Positions 38,227 through 49,280 are shown, counted from the stretch's first letter. The stretch: DNA of 64,000 nt from Vulcanimicrobiota bacterium (GCA_963820825.1 CAWGBN010000007.1:64001-128000); one strand, 5' to 3'. Made by a program: numbers and translations. Notes: a model not told the origin generated them from the sequence alone.

Positions 38227-38454
38227 ATGAGCGCGCAGCCCTTGGACGTCCGCATGGCGAGCCTGGAAGGCTCGTACCGACAGGTCAGCGATCGTCTCAA
38301 CGGCATCGACCATCGCCTCGACGGGTTCGAGCAAAGAGTCGAGGCACGCTTTCAGACGACCGATGCAAAGATCGACGGCCTTCAGTGGCGGATGACGGCC
38401 CTGATCCTTGGGTCGTGGTTCACGCTCATGACCGCGACTCTTCTTCATCACTGA
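38227..38454 (+). CDS. Small coiled-coil protein with C-terminal TM (DUF1640/CCDC90-like)
   Basis: RLNGIDHRLDGFEQRVEARF heptads followed by a hydrophobic C-terminus. Confidence 0.65.
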   Translation: MSAQPLDVRMASLEGSYRQVSDRLNGIDHRLDGFEQRVEARFQTTDAKIDGLQWRMTALILGSWFTLMTATLLHH

Positions 38455-38464
38455 AGCGCGACAC

Positions 38465-41400
38465 TTACTCCGTTACGTTGAGCGTGCTCCCTGCGCTGCG
38501 GCCGAACTGCTCGGGCGCATCTTGGAGATAGGCGTGCGCGCCGGGCCAGGCAAACGTGCCCGGCGTCACCGAGCGCACGAGATAGTGCAGCTCGTAGACG
38601 CCCGGGTCGAGATGCTGCGCGTAGGCGACGACGCGATCGCGATAGATTTGGCTGGTATCGATCTGCCAGCTATTGCTCTGCGGCACGATCGCCTGCAGGG
38701 AGGTGCGGAAGGTCGTATCCACGGCCTCAAAACCGGCCGGAAGCGGATCGTCGATGACGAGCCGGTCGACGGGATGGTCGACGATCGTGCGCACGCCGAT
38801 ATCGAAGACCCGTCCGGCCGCGACCGAGACCGGAAGTGCCGTGGCGAGATCCATCGTCGACAGCGGCGTCGTATTCGCCGACGTCGCGGCGCTCGGATCG
38901 CTCAGCACCCGCACGACTCGGAATGCCGCAAGCTCGCCCGGAGCGTTCGCCGCTACCGGATAAGTATAGAGAACGAGGTAGTGCGCCGCGCCGCCCTGCG
39001 AACGAATGGCAATCGCGCTGCCGCGCAGTTCCGCAGCCGGCACGCTGAACGTCTGCGACGAAGCGGTCGAGCCGAAGCGTGCGGTGCCGAGCGTGCGACT
39101 TCCCACGCTTGCGGTCGCGGTCGCCGGCGCGAGCCGTTCGGTTGCCGCGTAGGCTGCCAGCGCCGTCACTGCCGACGCGGTATCGTCGGTCGTCGGCCAG
39201 CCGCACCGGCACTGCTGTGCGACGAGCGCGCGAACGGCGCCGTCGAGCTGCTCCACCGGCGCGTGCTGCTCGAGCAGCAGCTGCAGCATCTGCGACTGCG
39301 CGTCGACCAGCGATCCGAGCCAGCTCCACCGCGTCGAGATACTTGCCGTCGCGTATCGTCCGGTCACGTAGAGGCTCTGCCGCAGACGCTGCGCCATCGC
39401 CGCGCCGCGCGACTGCCACCCGGGAACGCGCAAGAGATAGCGGGCTAATCGAATCTGCGTTGCGCTGTCGAAGTCGTTCGATTGCGCGACGATCTCCGCG
39501 AGAAAGTCGCTGCGCGGCGGTCCGGTACTGGCGAGCGCCCACAGCGCTTCGAAACGAAGCTGGGCTTTGCAGAGCGGATCGCGCGCGCACCACTTGAAGA
39601 CGTTCGGATCGGCCAGCGCCCGCGCCATGAACGCAGCCGCACTCGCGACCGGAGCCGATGGAACGGTCGCACCCTGCGCGCGTGCAAACGTGAGTGCCTC
39701 GAGAGCACCCGCCGTAGCGAAGGGATCGCTCTCCTTCGCGTTGACGTATGCGCCGAAGCCGCCGTCGCCGCGCTCATAGGAGAGCAACTGCGTCAGGTTC
39801 GTTGAGATTTCGGCATCGGGATCGAAGGCGAGCTTGAGACGATAGGGTTCCCGCAAGCGGCGCAGTGCGCTCGCAATCGCAAGGCGCGATGCCGATTCGT
39901 CGGCAAGCGGCAAGGAGTCGACGGTCATAACCCGCTCCGACGGCGTCACGAACTGCGGAACGATCGAGTTGGCGAGCGTCACCTGCAGCGTACCGCCGGA
40001 GGTTAGTGCGATCGGAATCGAGACGCCGCCGCGCGTCGCGCCGCTCTCGATCACCGAATCGGCGCTCTCACGCTCACGCGCGGTAAACGGAACGGAGAAT
40101 GCGTCGCCGTGCGTGCTCAGCATTGCGCGCGCATCGAGGGTGCTCGGCGCCGGGGTTCCGACCGTGACCGGGAAGCGGAACGCCTGCACGCCGGTCGCCG
40201 CGCGTTCCGCCGGTTGCTGCGTTCGCGGATCGCCCGCTGCGAAGCTCAGCGCGCCGGTGAGTTTGAGGACGAGATCGAGGGGGCCGGCCGCGCCGGTCTG
40301 ATTCGCAATCGAGATGCCGAGATCGAAATGGTCGCCCGGGCGAGCAAACTGCGGCAGGAGCGGATTGGCGATCAGCGGCTGCGTCGAGACGAAGGTTGCG
40401 TCGGCGCTGCCGAAGTGCGCGCGGTCTTGCTGCAAGGCGACGGCCATCACTCGCCACGTGGTCAGGTCGTCGGGCATCGTGAGTCCGGCGCTCGCGTGAC
40501 CGGCCGCATCGGTCTGCAGCACGCCGTAGTAGGCCAACGGCCTGAAGTTCGTGCGAACGCGCGTGCTCGCGGCTCCTGCGAGGTAACCGCCGCCGTATCC
40601 GTAGCCTTTTTCGAGCGGCGGGGTCTGAGTCTTGAGCGTGACGTTCTCGCGGTTGTCGGCAAAGATCGCGGCGATCGGCTGCTGCGCGAAGACCGTCTGC
40701 ACGAGATCGGGCAGCCGGTATCCGGAGAGCTGCAAGATCGCATCGTTGACGACCATCGCGACGATCTCGCCATGCACCGGCGCGCCGCTGCGGCCGGTGA
40801 GTGTGAATCGCACCTGCTGCGCGGCGCCGGGATGCACGGTCGCGTCGCGCGGTGCGATCGCGAGCTTGAGATAGCGGTCGCCGAGATCCACGTTGAAGGC
40901 GGTCATACCGGTCAGCGCGAGGCGCGCATCTGCGCTCGACGACGCACGGGCGGCGTGCGGATCGCGATTGACGACCACCGCTTCCACGGCGGCGTTGGGC
41001 AGCATCGCCGGCGTGACTTTAAAGTCGACGTGAATCGCGCCGCTGACGCCGCGCAGCGTCGTCCGGTAGAGCGCATCGTTGCGGACCACGGCGAAGTAAA
41101 CGTCGGCCTTGGCGTAGGGCGAGGCGACGAGTGCGGTCGCGGTCTCGCCGATCGCATACTGTTTCTTGTCGAGCTTCACGGCGACGGCGTTCGGATCGCT
41201 CAATCCCCAATCGGCCTCGCCCGGCCCGAAGGCAAAGACTTGAATGCTCGTCGCGCTTGCCGCGTCGCGGGCACCGCCGAAGTTTGCAAAGACGCGATAG
41301 ACGCCCGTCTCGCTCGGCGTCAGCTGCGCGGTCACCGGATCGTCGCCCGACGTGACGTCGGCCGATCCGACCGTGTCGTATTTGATCGATTGCTGCGCGT

Positions 41401-44128
41401 TCTCGCCGCCCTCCACTTCCTGCGTCGCCGAGACGAAGGTCATCTTCTGCAGTTCTAGATGGACGCTGCGTCCGGAGATCACTCTGCCGTCGCCGTCGGT
41501 AACGATGACGCGAATCGGCATCGCCGAGCCGGCCTTCCCGACCGCGTCGGAGGCAAGGCCGATCGTCGCGTCGGCCGGGAGCGCAAGGAAACTCTTCGAG
41601 TCGGAGACCGAGAGATTCGAAACGTCGCTCGTCTCCATGTCGACGCGATAGGTCATTGGGAACGGCAGGTCGCGCGGCACGGCGACGTCGAGCGTGGTCG
41701 CGCCCCGTGCGTCGAGCGCCAAGTCGCGCTGCAGAACATCGGTATCGAACGACGGCGTCTGCTCGGGCCAGAACCATTGCGGACCGAACCAGAAGTCGTC
41801 CCAGCCCTTGGGCTGCACCGTCGCGACGTCGCGCGTGACGTACGCGTGCGCGGTTCCACCTTGCAACGGTGCGCCGAAGAGATAGGCTGCGGCGACGCCG
41901 GTGTGCACGCTCGATCCGGCCGTAGCCGAGGTCGCTCCCAGCGTCAGCGTGAGCTTGAAGTTCGGCGGTTTGAACTCCGCGACGCGCAGCGAGCCGTTGA
42001 TGTCGTTGCCGTTTGCGCCCTTCGCGTCGACCGTGTAGTATCCCAAAGCCTGCTGCTTTGAAAACGTAATGGGCATCGAGAAGACGCCGAACGCATCGGT
42101 CTTATACGTACCCAGGGCGGTCGCACCGTTGTTCGGATCGGTCAGCGTCACTTTATAGGGTGCGTTCGCATCGGCGACGACGCTCGAGCCTTTCACGTAG
42201 TATGCGATGCCGGTGACCTCGCCGCGTTCGCCCGGCTGATACATCGCGCGGTCGGTAAAGATCGTCCCGCGTGAGAGCGGCGCGCCGCTCGTCCATCCGC
42301 TCGACACATCGAAGCGCGAAACGCCGCTGTAATTCCAGACCGTGACCGTCGCGAGGTCGCTCCCCTCGGTGACGACGACGCCGAGGTTCGGGCCCGAATT
42401 CGACGTCGCTCCGACCGAACAGCGCTCCACGTCCACGCCGTAGAGATCGAGCTCGCCGCTCGAATCCGTCGTGCCTTGCGCGCACTGTTGGGGCGGAACT
42501 TTGGCGGCCTCGTCGAGACGATAGAGCGTTACGTTCGCGCCGCGAACGGGAGCGCCGTCGCTGAGATGCTGCACGAGAACCATGCCGCGCGCCGGGAACC
42601 ACTGCGCGAATACGCCGAGGTTGGTGAGTTGCACGATCCCGGTAAGGCTCGGATCGGAGGTCGGCGCGTCGAGCGCCGTGCGAAATCCGTACGCGAGCGC
42701 GCCGTACGCACCGCCCAGCTCCGATTGAATCGGAACGCGCACGACGCTCTGCACGTTGCGCCGCGCGCTGCCCAGCGTTCGCGACGGCCAGGTGGCGTAG
42801 GGCGGCAGCATCGAGAGCGCACCGGAGAACCCGAGCATCCGCGCCGGCATTACGCGTGCGTACGCGGCTTGATACCGGTTTCCGGGAAGGTTCGTCGCGT
42901 AGAAGTTCAACGCAATCGGCGCGCCGGCCGGGAAGACGTTCGTGCCGTTTGGGGCCCACGCGCCCGGCGCGAACTCGGTCGTGCGGATCGAGACGTGCTG
43001 CTCGCTACCGAGGCTCTGGCCGAAGACGTCCTTGACGCTGGCCGCGACCGTCGCGGTGTAGCTCTTATCGGGATCGAGCGCGTAGGGGTCGATGACGATC
43101 GCATTCGGTTGATAATCCGGCACGCTGACGAGCGTCTTTACGTTCGCCGGCGCGGGTGAGATCGTTACGGCGCCGGCGACCGACGGCGCGTCGAGCCCGT
43201 TGTTGAAGGTAATCACCGGATCGCCGCCGGCAAATCTTCCGCCGCTGCCGGGGCTGGCGCTCGGGGTCGGCACGATCGCGAGCGCGCCGTAGGTTCGTAC
43301 CGCGCCGGCGAACTGCTGCGTGGTCGTGAGATTGCCGTAGAGCGGCTCGACGCCCGGCGCGATCGCCAGCGCATAGTTCGTACCGCGCGTTAGTTCGCGG
43401 GTGGGACGCAGATCGTAGACCCACGTGCTGAGCGACGGATCGAAGCGTTCCTCGGCGCCGCCGCCGGGGTAGGGCGTCGGCTGCGCCTCCAGCGCTGCCG
43501 TGACCGCGACGCTCTCCCCGCCGCCGACGAGCGTCGCGTGCGCTGCCAGCGAGGCTTCGTCCACTGCAGCGTTCGCGGTGACTTGCAGCTTCGGGCTCAG
43601 ACCGACCGGCGGCGGAGTCGATTCGTCGTCCGTGACTTGAGTCTGCGGAAGGTTCGTAAAGCTCAGCGGCGCGGTTGCGAAGGTCCAGGCAAGATCGCGA
43701 TCGAGCGAGTCGCCGGCCAGGTCGCGCAGCCCCGCGCCGAGGGTGATCTGCACGCGCGTTCCGATCGGCAGCGCTTGATCGGCGACGAAGCCGATCATCC
43801 GGGGCGTCAAGACCGTGAAGTGGCCGCGAAGCGCCGGCGCGATCGAGAGGTGGCGCAGAACCTCCGTCGGCCCGGCGCCCGAGAGCGCCTCGACCGGGGT
43901 AACCGGCTTGGCAAAGACGATGCGAATCTGCGCGAGATTATCGGCGGTTCCGCTCGGAGAGATCGAAGTGATCCACGGCGGAAGCGACGGCTTCGGCAGT
44001 GCCGCCACCGGCGCCGGCTTCGTGCCGCTCGGCGCCGGGCCGCCGCACGAAACGAGGGCCGCCGCCGCGACGGCGACGCAGAGAAACCCGACATCCCGCA
44101 ACGGCGGTCTCCTGAAGGCAGAAGTCAC
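38465..44128 (-). CDS. Bacterial alpha-2-macroglobulin family lipoprotein lacking the CxEQ thioester
   Basis: Lipobox LVSC; IFTDRAMYQPGE, AEFKPP, PDDLTTWRVMA, DPLPAGFE and VTPGTF.WPGA motifs. Confidence 0.93.
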   Translation of the reverse strand: MTSAFRRPPLRDVGFLCVAVAAAALVSCGGPAPSGTKPAPVAALPKPSLPPWITSISPSGTADNLAQIRIVFAKPVTPVEALSGAGPTEVLRHLSIAPALRGHFTVLTPRMIGFVADQALPIGTRVQITLGAGLRDLAGDSLDRDLAWTFATAPLSFTNLPQTQVTDDESTPPPVGLSPKLQVTANAAVDEASLAAHATLVGGGESVAVTAALEAQPTPYPGGGAEERFDPSLSTWVYDLRPTRELTRGTNYALAIAPGVEPLYGNLTTTQQFAGAVRTYGALAIVPTPSASPGSGGRFAGGDPVITFNNGLDAPSVAGAVTISPAPANVKTLVSVPDYQPNAIVIDPYALDPDKSYTATVAASVKDVFGQSLGSEQHVSIRTTEFAPGAWAPNGTNVFPAGAPIALNFYATNLPGNRYQAAYARVMPARMLGFSGALSMLPPYATWPSRTLGSARRNVQSVVRVPIQSELGGAYGALAYGFRTALDAPTSDPSLTGIVQLTNLGVFAQWFPARGMVLVQHLSDGAPVRGANVTLYRLDEAAKVPPQQCAQGTTDSSGELDLYGVDVERCSVGATSNSGPNLGVVVTEGSDLATVTVWNYSGVSRFDVSSGWTSGAPLSRGTIFTDRAMYQPGERGEVTGIAYYVKGSSVVADANAPYKVTLTDPNNGATALGTYKTDAFGVFSMPITFSKQQALGYYTVDAKGANGNDINGSLRVAEFKPPNFKLTLTLGATSATAGSSVHTGVAAAYLFGAPLQGGTAHAYVTRDVATVQPKGWDDFWFGPQWFWPEQTPSFDTDVLQRDLALDARGATTLDVAVPRDLPFPMTYRVDMETSDVSNLSVSDSKSFLALPADATIGLASDAVGKAGSAMPIRVIVTDGDGRVISGRSVHLELQKMTFVSATQEVEGGENAQQSIKYDTVGSADVTSGDDPVTAQLTPSETGVYRVFANFGGARDAASATSIQVFAFGPGEADWGLSDPNAVAVKLDKKQYAIGETATALVASPYAKADVYFAVVRNDALYRTTLRGVSGAIHVDFKVTPAMLPNAAVEAVVVNRDPHAARASSSADARLALTGMTAFNVDLGDRYLKLAIAPRDATVHPGAAQQVRFTLTGRSGAPVHGEIVAMVVNDAILQLSGYRLPDLVQTVFAQQPIAAIFADNRENVTLKTQTPPLEKGYGYGGGYLAGAASTRVRTNFRPLAYYGVLQTDAAGHASAGLTMPDDLTTWRVMAVALQQDRAHFGSADATFVSTQPLIANPLLPQFARPGDHFDLGISIANQTGAAGPLDLVLKLTGALSFAAGDPRTQQPAERAATGVQAFRFPVTVGTPAPSTLDARAMLSTHGDAFSVPFTARERESADSVIESGATRGGVSIPIALTSGGTLQVTLANSIVPQFVTPSERVMTVDSLPLADESASRLAIASALRRLREPYRLKLAFDPDAEISTNLTQLLSYERGDGGFGAYVNAKESDPFATAGALEALTFARAQGATVPSAPVASAAAFMARALADPNVFKWCARDPLCKAQLRFEALWALASTGPPRSDFLAEIVAQSNDFDSATQIRLARYLLRVPGWQSRGAAMAQRLRQSLYVTGRYATASISTRWSWLGSLVDAQSQMLQLLLEQHAPVEQLDGAVRALVAQQCRCGWPTTDDTASAVTALAAYAATERLAPATATASVGSRTLGTARFGSTASSQTFSVPAAELRGSAIAIRSQGGAAHYLVLYTYPVAANAPGELAAFRVVRVLSDPSAATSANTTPLSTMDLATALPVSVAAGRVFDIGVRTIVDHPVDRLVIDDPLPAGFEAVDTTFRTSLQAIVPQSNSWQIDTSQIYRDRVVAYAQHLDPGVYELHYLVRSVTPGTFAWPGAHAYLQDAPEQFGRSAGSTLNVTE

Positions 44129-44160
44129 GTCCTTGCCGTCGTAGATTCAATGCAGCGACG

Positions 44161-46347
44161 ATGAAACTCTTTGCGTGGATCGTTCCCGTTTCGCTCTTGA
44201 CGGCGCTGTTCGCACTCTATCTGGGCGGAATCGACGTTTCAATGCTGCGCGCGCCCGCGGAATCGGTCACCTTCACCGATCGCAACGGCGGCCTTCTCGG
44301 AACCGTGCTCGGTTCGGGCGCCTCGCACGTTGCCGGCGTGCCGCTCGCATCCGTCTCGCCGCTCTTTCTCGAGGCGATCGTCGCCGCCGAAGACGCGAGA
44401 TTCTGGCAGCACGGCGCAATCGACGTTCCGGCACTGCTGCGCGCAACGCGCGATTTCATCATCTACGGAGAGGCGCGCAGCGGCGGCTCGACGATCGCGA
44501 TGCAGCTCGCGCGCCTGCTGAACCCCGCGCCTTCGACGATCCGCGGAAAGCTCGAACAGATCGCCGCGGCAGAGCGCATCGCGATGATCTCGAGCAAGGC
44601 GGCAATTCTCCAGCAATACGTCAACCGCGTTCCGATGGGCGGGAACATCTACGGAGTCGAAGCCGCGGCTCGAAGCTATTTCGGGGAGTCCTCGGCCGAT
44701 CTCGATCTCGCGCAGGCCTCGCTCTTAGCGGCGATTCCCAACGATCCGGCAAATCTCGCTCCCGGCGACGATTGGAGGGCGCTGCGCGCGCGCCAGCGCT
44801 TCATCTTGCAACGGATGGCGGCGCTGCGCGAGATCGCGCCCGGCGACGCGGCCATTGCATTCGCCGAGACGCTCCACGTACGGCGGCGAGAGTCCGGCAT
44901 CGCCGGCGCTCCGCATGCCGTCTTCTTTCTCGCCCGAGCGACGCCGAGAGCCGGCGGCCGCGTGCGCACGACGATCGACGCAGCGCTGCAGCGATTCGTT
45001 CAAGCGCAAACCGAAGACGTCGTCGGCGCGCTCGCGCAGTATCACGTCACCGACGGCGCCGCGCTCGTGGTCGATAATCGTTCCGGTGAGGTGCTCGCCT
45101 ACGTCGGATCACCCGACTACTTCTCCGCCGGCGTGCTCGGAAGCAACGACGGCGTCCAGGCGCTGCGCCAACCCGGCTCCTCGCTCAAGCCGTTCACCTA
45201 CGAGCTCGCGCTCGAGCGAGGCACGATCGCGTCGACGTCGATCCTCTCCGACGCGCCCGCGGCGTACGCACTCCCGGGCGGACGACTCTACCAGCCCGTC
45301 GATTACAGCGGCCGCTTCAGCGGATCCGTGCGCGTGCGCTATGCGCTCGCAAACTCGCTCAACGCGCCGGCGGTACAGGTGCTCTCCTCGCTCGGCGTCG
45401 GAACGCTGCTCGACCGGATGCACCAGCTCGGCTTTGCGCATCTCGACCGCCCTGCGTCCTACTATGGACTCGGGCTGACGCTCGGCAGCGGCGAGGTCAG
45501 CCTTTGGGAGCTCGTGCAAGCCTACGCGACGATCGCGCGCGGCGGCGATGCGCTTCCGCTGACGCTCGTCGCGGGAGCGCCCACGATGCCGGCTCGCGTC
45601 GGGCGGACCGCGTACTGGCAGCTCGTCACCGATATGCTCGCCGACCCGTACGCCCGTGCAAAATCCTTCGGCGTCGGCTCGGTCTTACAGATGCCGTTTC
45701 CCGCCGCGGTGAAGACCGGCACCTCATCCGATTATCGCGATACCTGGACGATCGGATTCACGCGCGACTACACGGTCGGCACGTGGGTCGGGAACTTCGA
45801 CGGGAGTCCGATGCGCGGCGTCTCCGGCGTCACCGGAGCCGGGCCGCTCTGGAACCGGATCATGTTGCATCTGTACGAGCGCAACGACGATCCGCCGCCC
45901 TTCCCCGCACCGCGCGGCTTCGTTCGCGCGACCATCTGTGCGACGACCGGGCGCGCTCCCGCGCCGCACGCGCACTGCCCGGGTGTCGTTCGCGAGTGGG
46001 TCTTGCCGCACGATCTTGCGGCGGTCGAGCGTCCCGCGGCGGGCGAAGGGCTGCGCATTCTCTTTCCGCGCGACGGCGACGTCTTCGTTCGCGAGACTGC
46101 TGCCGGCGCGCTCGGCCGCAGCGAAGAGCAGCTCGCGCTGCGCGCCGCCGACGCGGCCGGCCCGGTACGGTGGAGCGTGGAGGGCGCACCCCTCGCCCTC
46201 GATGCCAACGGCAATGCATTCTGGCCGCTGCGTCTGGGCACGTGGCGCATCAGCGCGCACGACGGCACGCAGAACGAGACGGTTACCATCCGCGTCGTTC
46301 CCCCGCCGCGACGCGCGCAGCCGGGATTTACTCGGAAGTCCGGCTGA
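44161..46347 (+). CDS. pbpC: Penicillin-binding protein 1C
   Basis: EDARFWQH and GGSTIAMQLAR transglycosylase motifs; SSLK, SLN and KTG transpeptidase motifs; PBP1C-like C-terminal domain. Confidence 0.92.
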   Translation: MKLFAWIVPVSLLTALFALYLGGIDVSMLRAPAESVTFTDRNGGLLGTVLGSGASHVAGVPLASVSPLFLEAIVAAEDARFWQHGAIDVPALLRATRDFIIYGEARSGGSTIAMQLARLLNPAPSTIRGKLEQIAAAERIAMISSKAAILQQYVNRVPMGGNIYGVEAAARSYFGESSADLDLAQASLLAAIPNDPANLAPGDDWRALRARQRFILQRMAALREIAPGDAAIAFAETLHVRRRESGIAGAPHAVFFLARATPRAGGRVRTTIDAALQRFVQAQTEDVVGALAQYHVTDGAALVVDNRSGEVLAYVGSPDYFSAGVLGSNDGVQALRQPGSSLKPFTYELALERGTIASTSILSDAPAAYALPGGRLYQPVDYSGRFSGSVRVRYALANSLNAPAVQVLSSLGVGTLLDRMHQLGFAHLDRPASYYGLGLTLGSGEVSLWELVQAYATIARGGDALPLTLVAGAPTMPARVGRTAYWQLVTDMLADPYARAKSFGVGSVLQMPFPAAVKTGTSSDYRDTWTIGFTRDYTVGTWVGNFDGSPMRGVSGVTGAGPLWNRIMLHLYERNDDPPPFPAPRGFVRATICATTGRAPAPHAHCPGVVREWVLPHDLAAVERPAAGEGLRILFPRDGDVFVRETAAGALGRSEEQLALRAADAAGPVRWSVEGAPLALDANGNAFWPLRLGTWRISAHDGTQNETVTIRVVPPPRRAQPGFTRKSG

Positions 46348-48083
46348 TTTCGTAGGCGACGTGTGCTCGCAGCGTATCGAGCGTCATCGAACCGCTATCG
46401 ATCAGCCACGCGTGAAAGCGGCGAATGTCGAAAGCGCTTCCGAGCTTCTTGCGCGCCTCTTCGCGGATCGCGAGCATGGTGAGCTCGCCGGTCTTATACG
46501 CGAGCGCCTGTCCCGGAATATCGGTCGAGTACCGCAACGATTCGCTGGCAATCTGCGCGTCGCTTAAGGTGAGGTTCTCGCGCATGTACTGCATCGCGCG
46601 CTCGCGGCTCCAGCCCAGCGCGTTCATCCCGGTATCGACGACGAGCCGGGTCGAGACCATCAGATCCTGCATGATCCGTCCGGCCTTGTCGTAGGGCGTT
46701 CGATAGACGCCCATATCCCAGCAGAGCTGCGAAGCGTACTCGCCCCATCCTTCGACGAAACCGGTCTCGCTGAAATCGTAGCGCCGCACGTCGGGCAATG
46801 CCGCGTTCTCTTGCTGGAGCGCGATCTGAAAGTGATGTCCCGGGATGAGCTCGTGACAGATCAGCGCACCGGCTCCCAGCATCGAGGTTCGTTCCGGATG
46901 CCAGGCATTGTAGTAGTAGATGCCTTTCGGCCGCGCGGCCTTGGGCTGATCGTAGTAGCCGAACGTCTGCGATCCCGCGAGCGCCTGCGGTAGCGGCGCG
47001 ACGCCGTACGGCGCGGTCGGCGTGTGCAGGAAATACTGCGGCACTGCAGCCTGCGCGCGACCGACGTAGAGCTCGAGGCGATCGCCGAACTCTTGGGGCG
47101 TCTTCGGAAAGAAACGCGGATCGTGCGCCAGATACCGCTTGAACTCTGCGAGCGTCCCGCTAAAGCCCACCTGAGCGCGGATTCCATTCAACTCGGCGTT
47201 GAGCCGGCCGACCTCGGTGAGTCCGCGCGCGTGAAGTGCCTCCGGCGTCGTCGTCAGCGTCGTATAGGCAAGAATCAGATGTTGGTAGTACTCGCGCCCT
47301 CCGGGATACTGCGAGAGCCCGACCCCGGCCGGGGCGCCCGACCGGTACGCGCCGCCGAGATACTCGGCAACGCCGTTGAAGGCCGGCACGACTTCTTGCG
47401 TTACGATCGTCTGCGCCTGCGCCTTGAACGCGACGCGATCGGCCGCGGCGACCGCGCCGAGCCGCGCGTCGTCGGGGACGAGCGCTCCGCTCTGCGCCGG
47501 GGCCGCATACGCCGCGAAAGACCGCCGCCGCAGCACTGCTCTCGACGTCGGGGAGAACGATGCCGCGCGCGTGCTGGCCTTCGAGGAAGGCTCGCATCGA
47601 GCGCACCAAGGCCGCGTCCTGATGCAGCAGCGAGAGATATCGCGCGGTATCGTCGGGTTGGGCGAACCGGAAGCTCGTCAAGAGACCGGAGATCGCGCTG
47701 AGCTGCAAGCCGCCCGCATACGGCGTCGCTTGCTGTACCAGCCAATAATACTTGCGCGACGCGACGACGCCCGCTGCCAAGTATTTCAGCGTGCGGTAGG
47801 TCAGCCACCGGTCGTGATCGAGCCTCTCGGAATCGACCCGCGCCAGCGCGTCGAGGACGCCCTGCGCGAACTCCGCGTCGCGCTGCGCTTCGTCGAGCGC
47901 GATCGGCCGGACCGTTTCGACCGGTAGACCGAGCTGCGATCGAAGATTGTAATCGGTCTGCAGTTCGTGCTGCCAATAGCGCGCGGCGAGATCGTCGACC
48001 GCCGTCGCGTTCGGGTCGCTGGTCGCCGCCGTCGTCGCGGTCGCCACGAGCGCGGCCATCAGGAGCGTTACGTATGCCTTCAC
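46328..48083 (-). pseudogene. DUF885 family protein with a single +1 frameshift near 47518 (real or sequencing error)
   Basis: The N-part (signal peptide) and C-part (HELIPGHHFQ, EGWGEY, RLVVDTG, PGQALAYK) are in different frames. Removing one T from GTCTTTCGCG restores VFAAYAA. Confidence 0.8.
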
Positions 48084-48110
48084 GCTCCCATTATAGAAGC
48101 CGAGCCCCGC

Positions 48111-49280
48111 TTAGTAAAAGAACTGCTGGAGCTGGTTGAATCCCGGGCCGAAGGCCCAGCCCATGCGTTTGCCCGGATTGATCGCCGGCGGCGGCTCTGC
48201 GATCGCGAACTTGAAGCCGGTGATCGTCTCGACCACGTTCCCCGATTCGTCGTAGACGACGATCGCGCTGCCCTGACTCCCGTTGCAATAGAACGAATCG
48301 GTCACCAGAAATAGACCGTTGACGGGGTCGCTCGCGATTCCCGCGCCGCTGTTGCCCTGCGAGGCATTGCCTGTGCACGGAAGCTGGACCGCGGTGCCCG
48401 TCTGTTGGGCGAGATTGTAAAACTCGACCTGCGCGTTGAGCTCCGTCGTCGTCGCGGCGATTCCGGTCCTCGAATCGACGGCCAGTCCGTTGACGAATCC
48501 CGAGCCGAACGGACCCTCGTTCAAACCCGTGAACTGCGTCTGCTTTCCCGTCTTCAGGTTGACGAGCACGTTGATCGGCGCCTCGCCGCCGACCCTGCCG
48601 CCGTCCGGAGAGGTCGCGATGACGGCCTGATTCGTTGCCGTATCTTGAGCGAACTGCGGTCCGTCTCCGAGTGAGAAAGTGCTCGGATTGAGGTGGATGA
48701 CCTTGCCGAACGTGTTCTTCGCGACGTTCGACGAGAAGAGAATCGGGACGTCGTCGTTCTGCAGCTCGATCGCGAAGATCGCCGTCTTGCCGGTCGTCTG
48801 ATTCGGGCCGGCCCCCTCGACTTGAATGTCGGTCACCGGCGGCGTCCACTTTCCGGTGAACTTCCCCGCGGTCGCCGGATTCATCACGTTGTAGAAGCGT
48901 TTGGCGAAGATCGAGCCCTTTGGCACCACGTATCGCGTGACCAACCCGACGTCGCCGGCGGAGATGTTGACGAAGCTGTACGACGTTCCACTCGGAACGC
49001 GCTTGGGGAAGACCTTGGTGATCTGCCCGGTATCCTGATCGAACGTCTCGATGCTCGATGCAGTCGCGATCACCCCGTCGTTGCCGTTCTGGTTGATGTC
49101 GAAGCCGAAGATTTGACCGCCCTTTTGGCTCGAGAGCACCTTCCCGAGTCCGACGGTGTGGTGTCCCGCCTGACGTGCGGCGGGGAGCTGGGCGCCTGAC
49201 GGAGCGAGCGGCGGCGCCGAGGCGCCGCCGCTGCAGGCTGCTAGGAGAACTGTAACTACGAAGACGTGCGTAACCTTCAT
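48111..49280 (-). CDS. Hypothetical beta-propeller lipoprotein
   Basis: Lipobox LAAC; GLAVD and GIASDP blade-like motifs. Confidence 0.75.
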   Translation of the reverse strand: MKVTHVFVVTVLLAACSGGASAPPLAPSGAQLPAARQAGHHTVGLGKVLSSQKGGQIFGFDINQNGNDGVIATASSIETFDQDTGQITKVFPKRVPSGTSYSFVNISAGDVGLVTRYVVPKGSIFAKRFYNVMNPATAGKFTGKWTPPVTDIQVEGAGPNQTTGKTAIFAIELQNDDVPILFSSNVAKNTFGKVIHLNPSTFSLGDGPQFAQDTATNQAVIATSPDGGRVGGEAPINVLVNLKTGKQTQFTGLNEGPFGSGFVNGLAVDSRTGIAATTTELNAQVEFYNLAQQTGTAVQLPCTGNASQGNSGAGIASDPVNGLFLVTDSFYCNGSQGSAIVVYDESGNVVETITGFKFAIAEPPPAINPGKRMGWAFGPGFNQLQQFFY

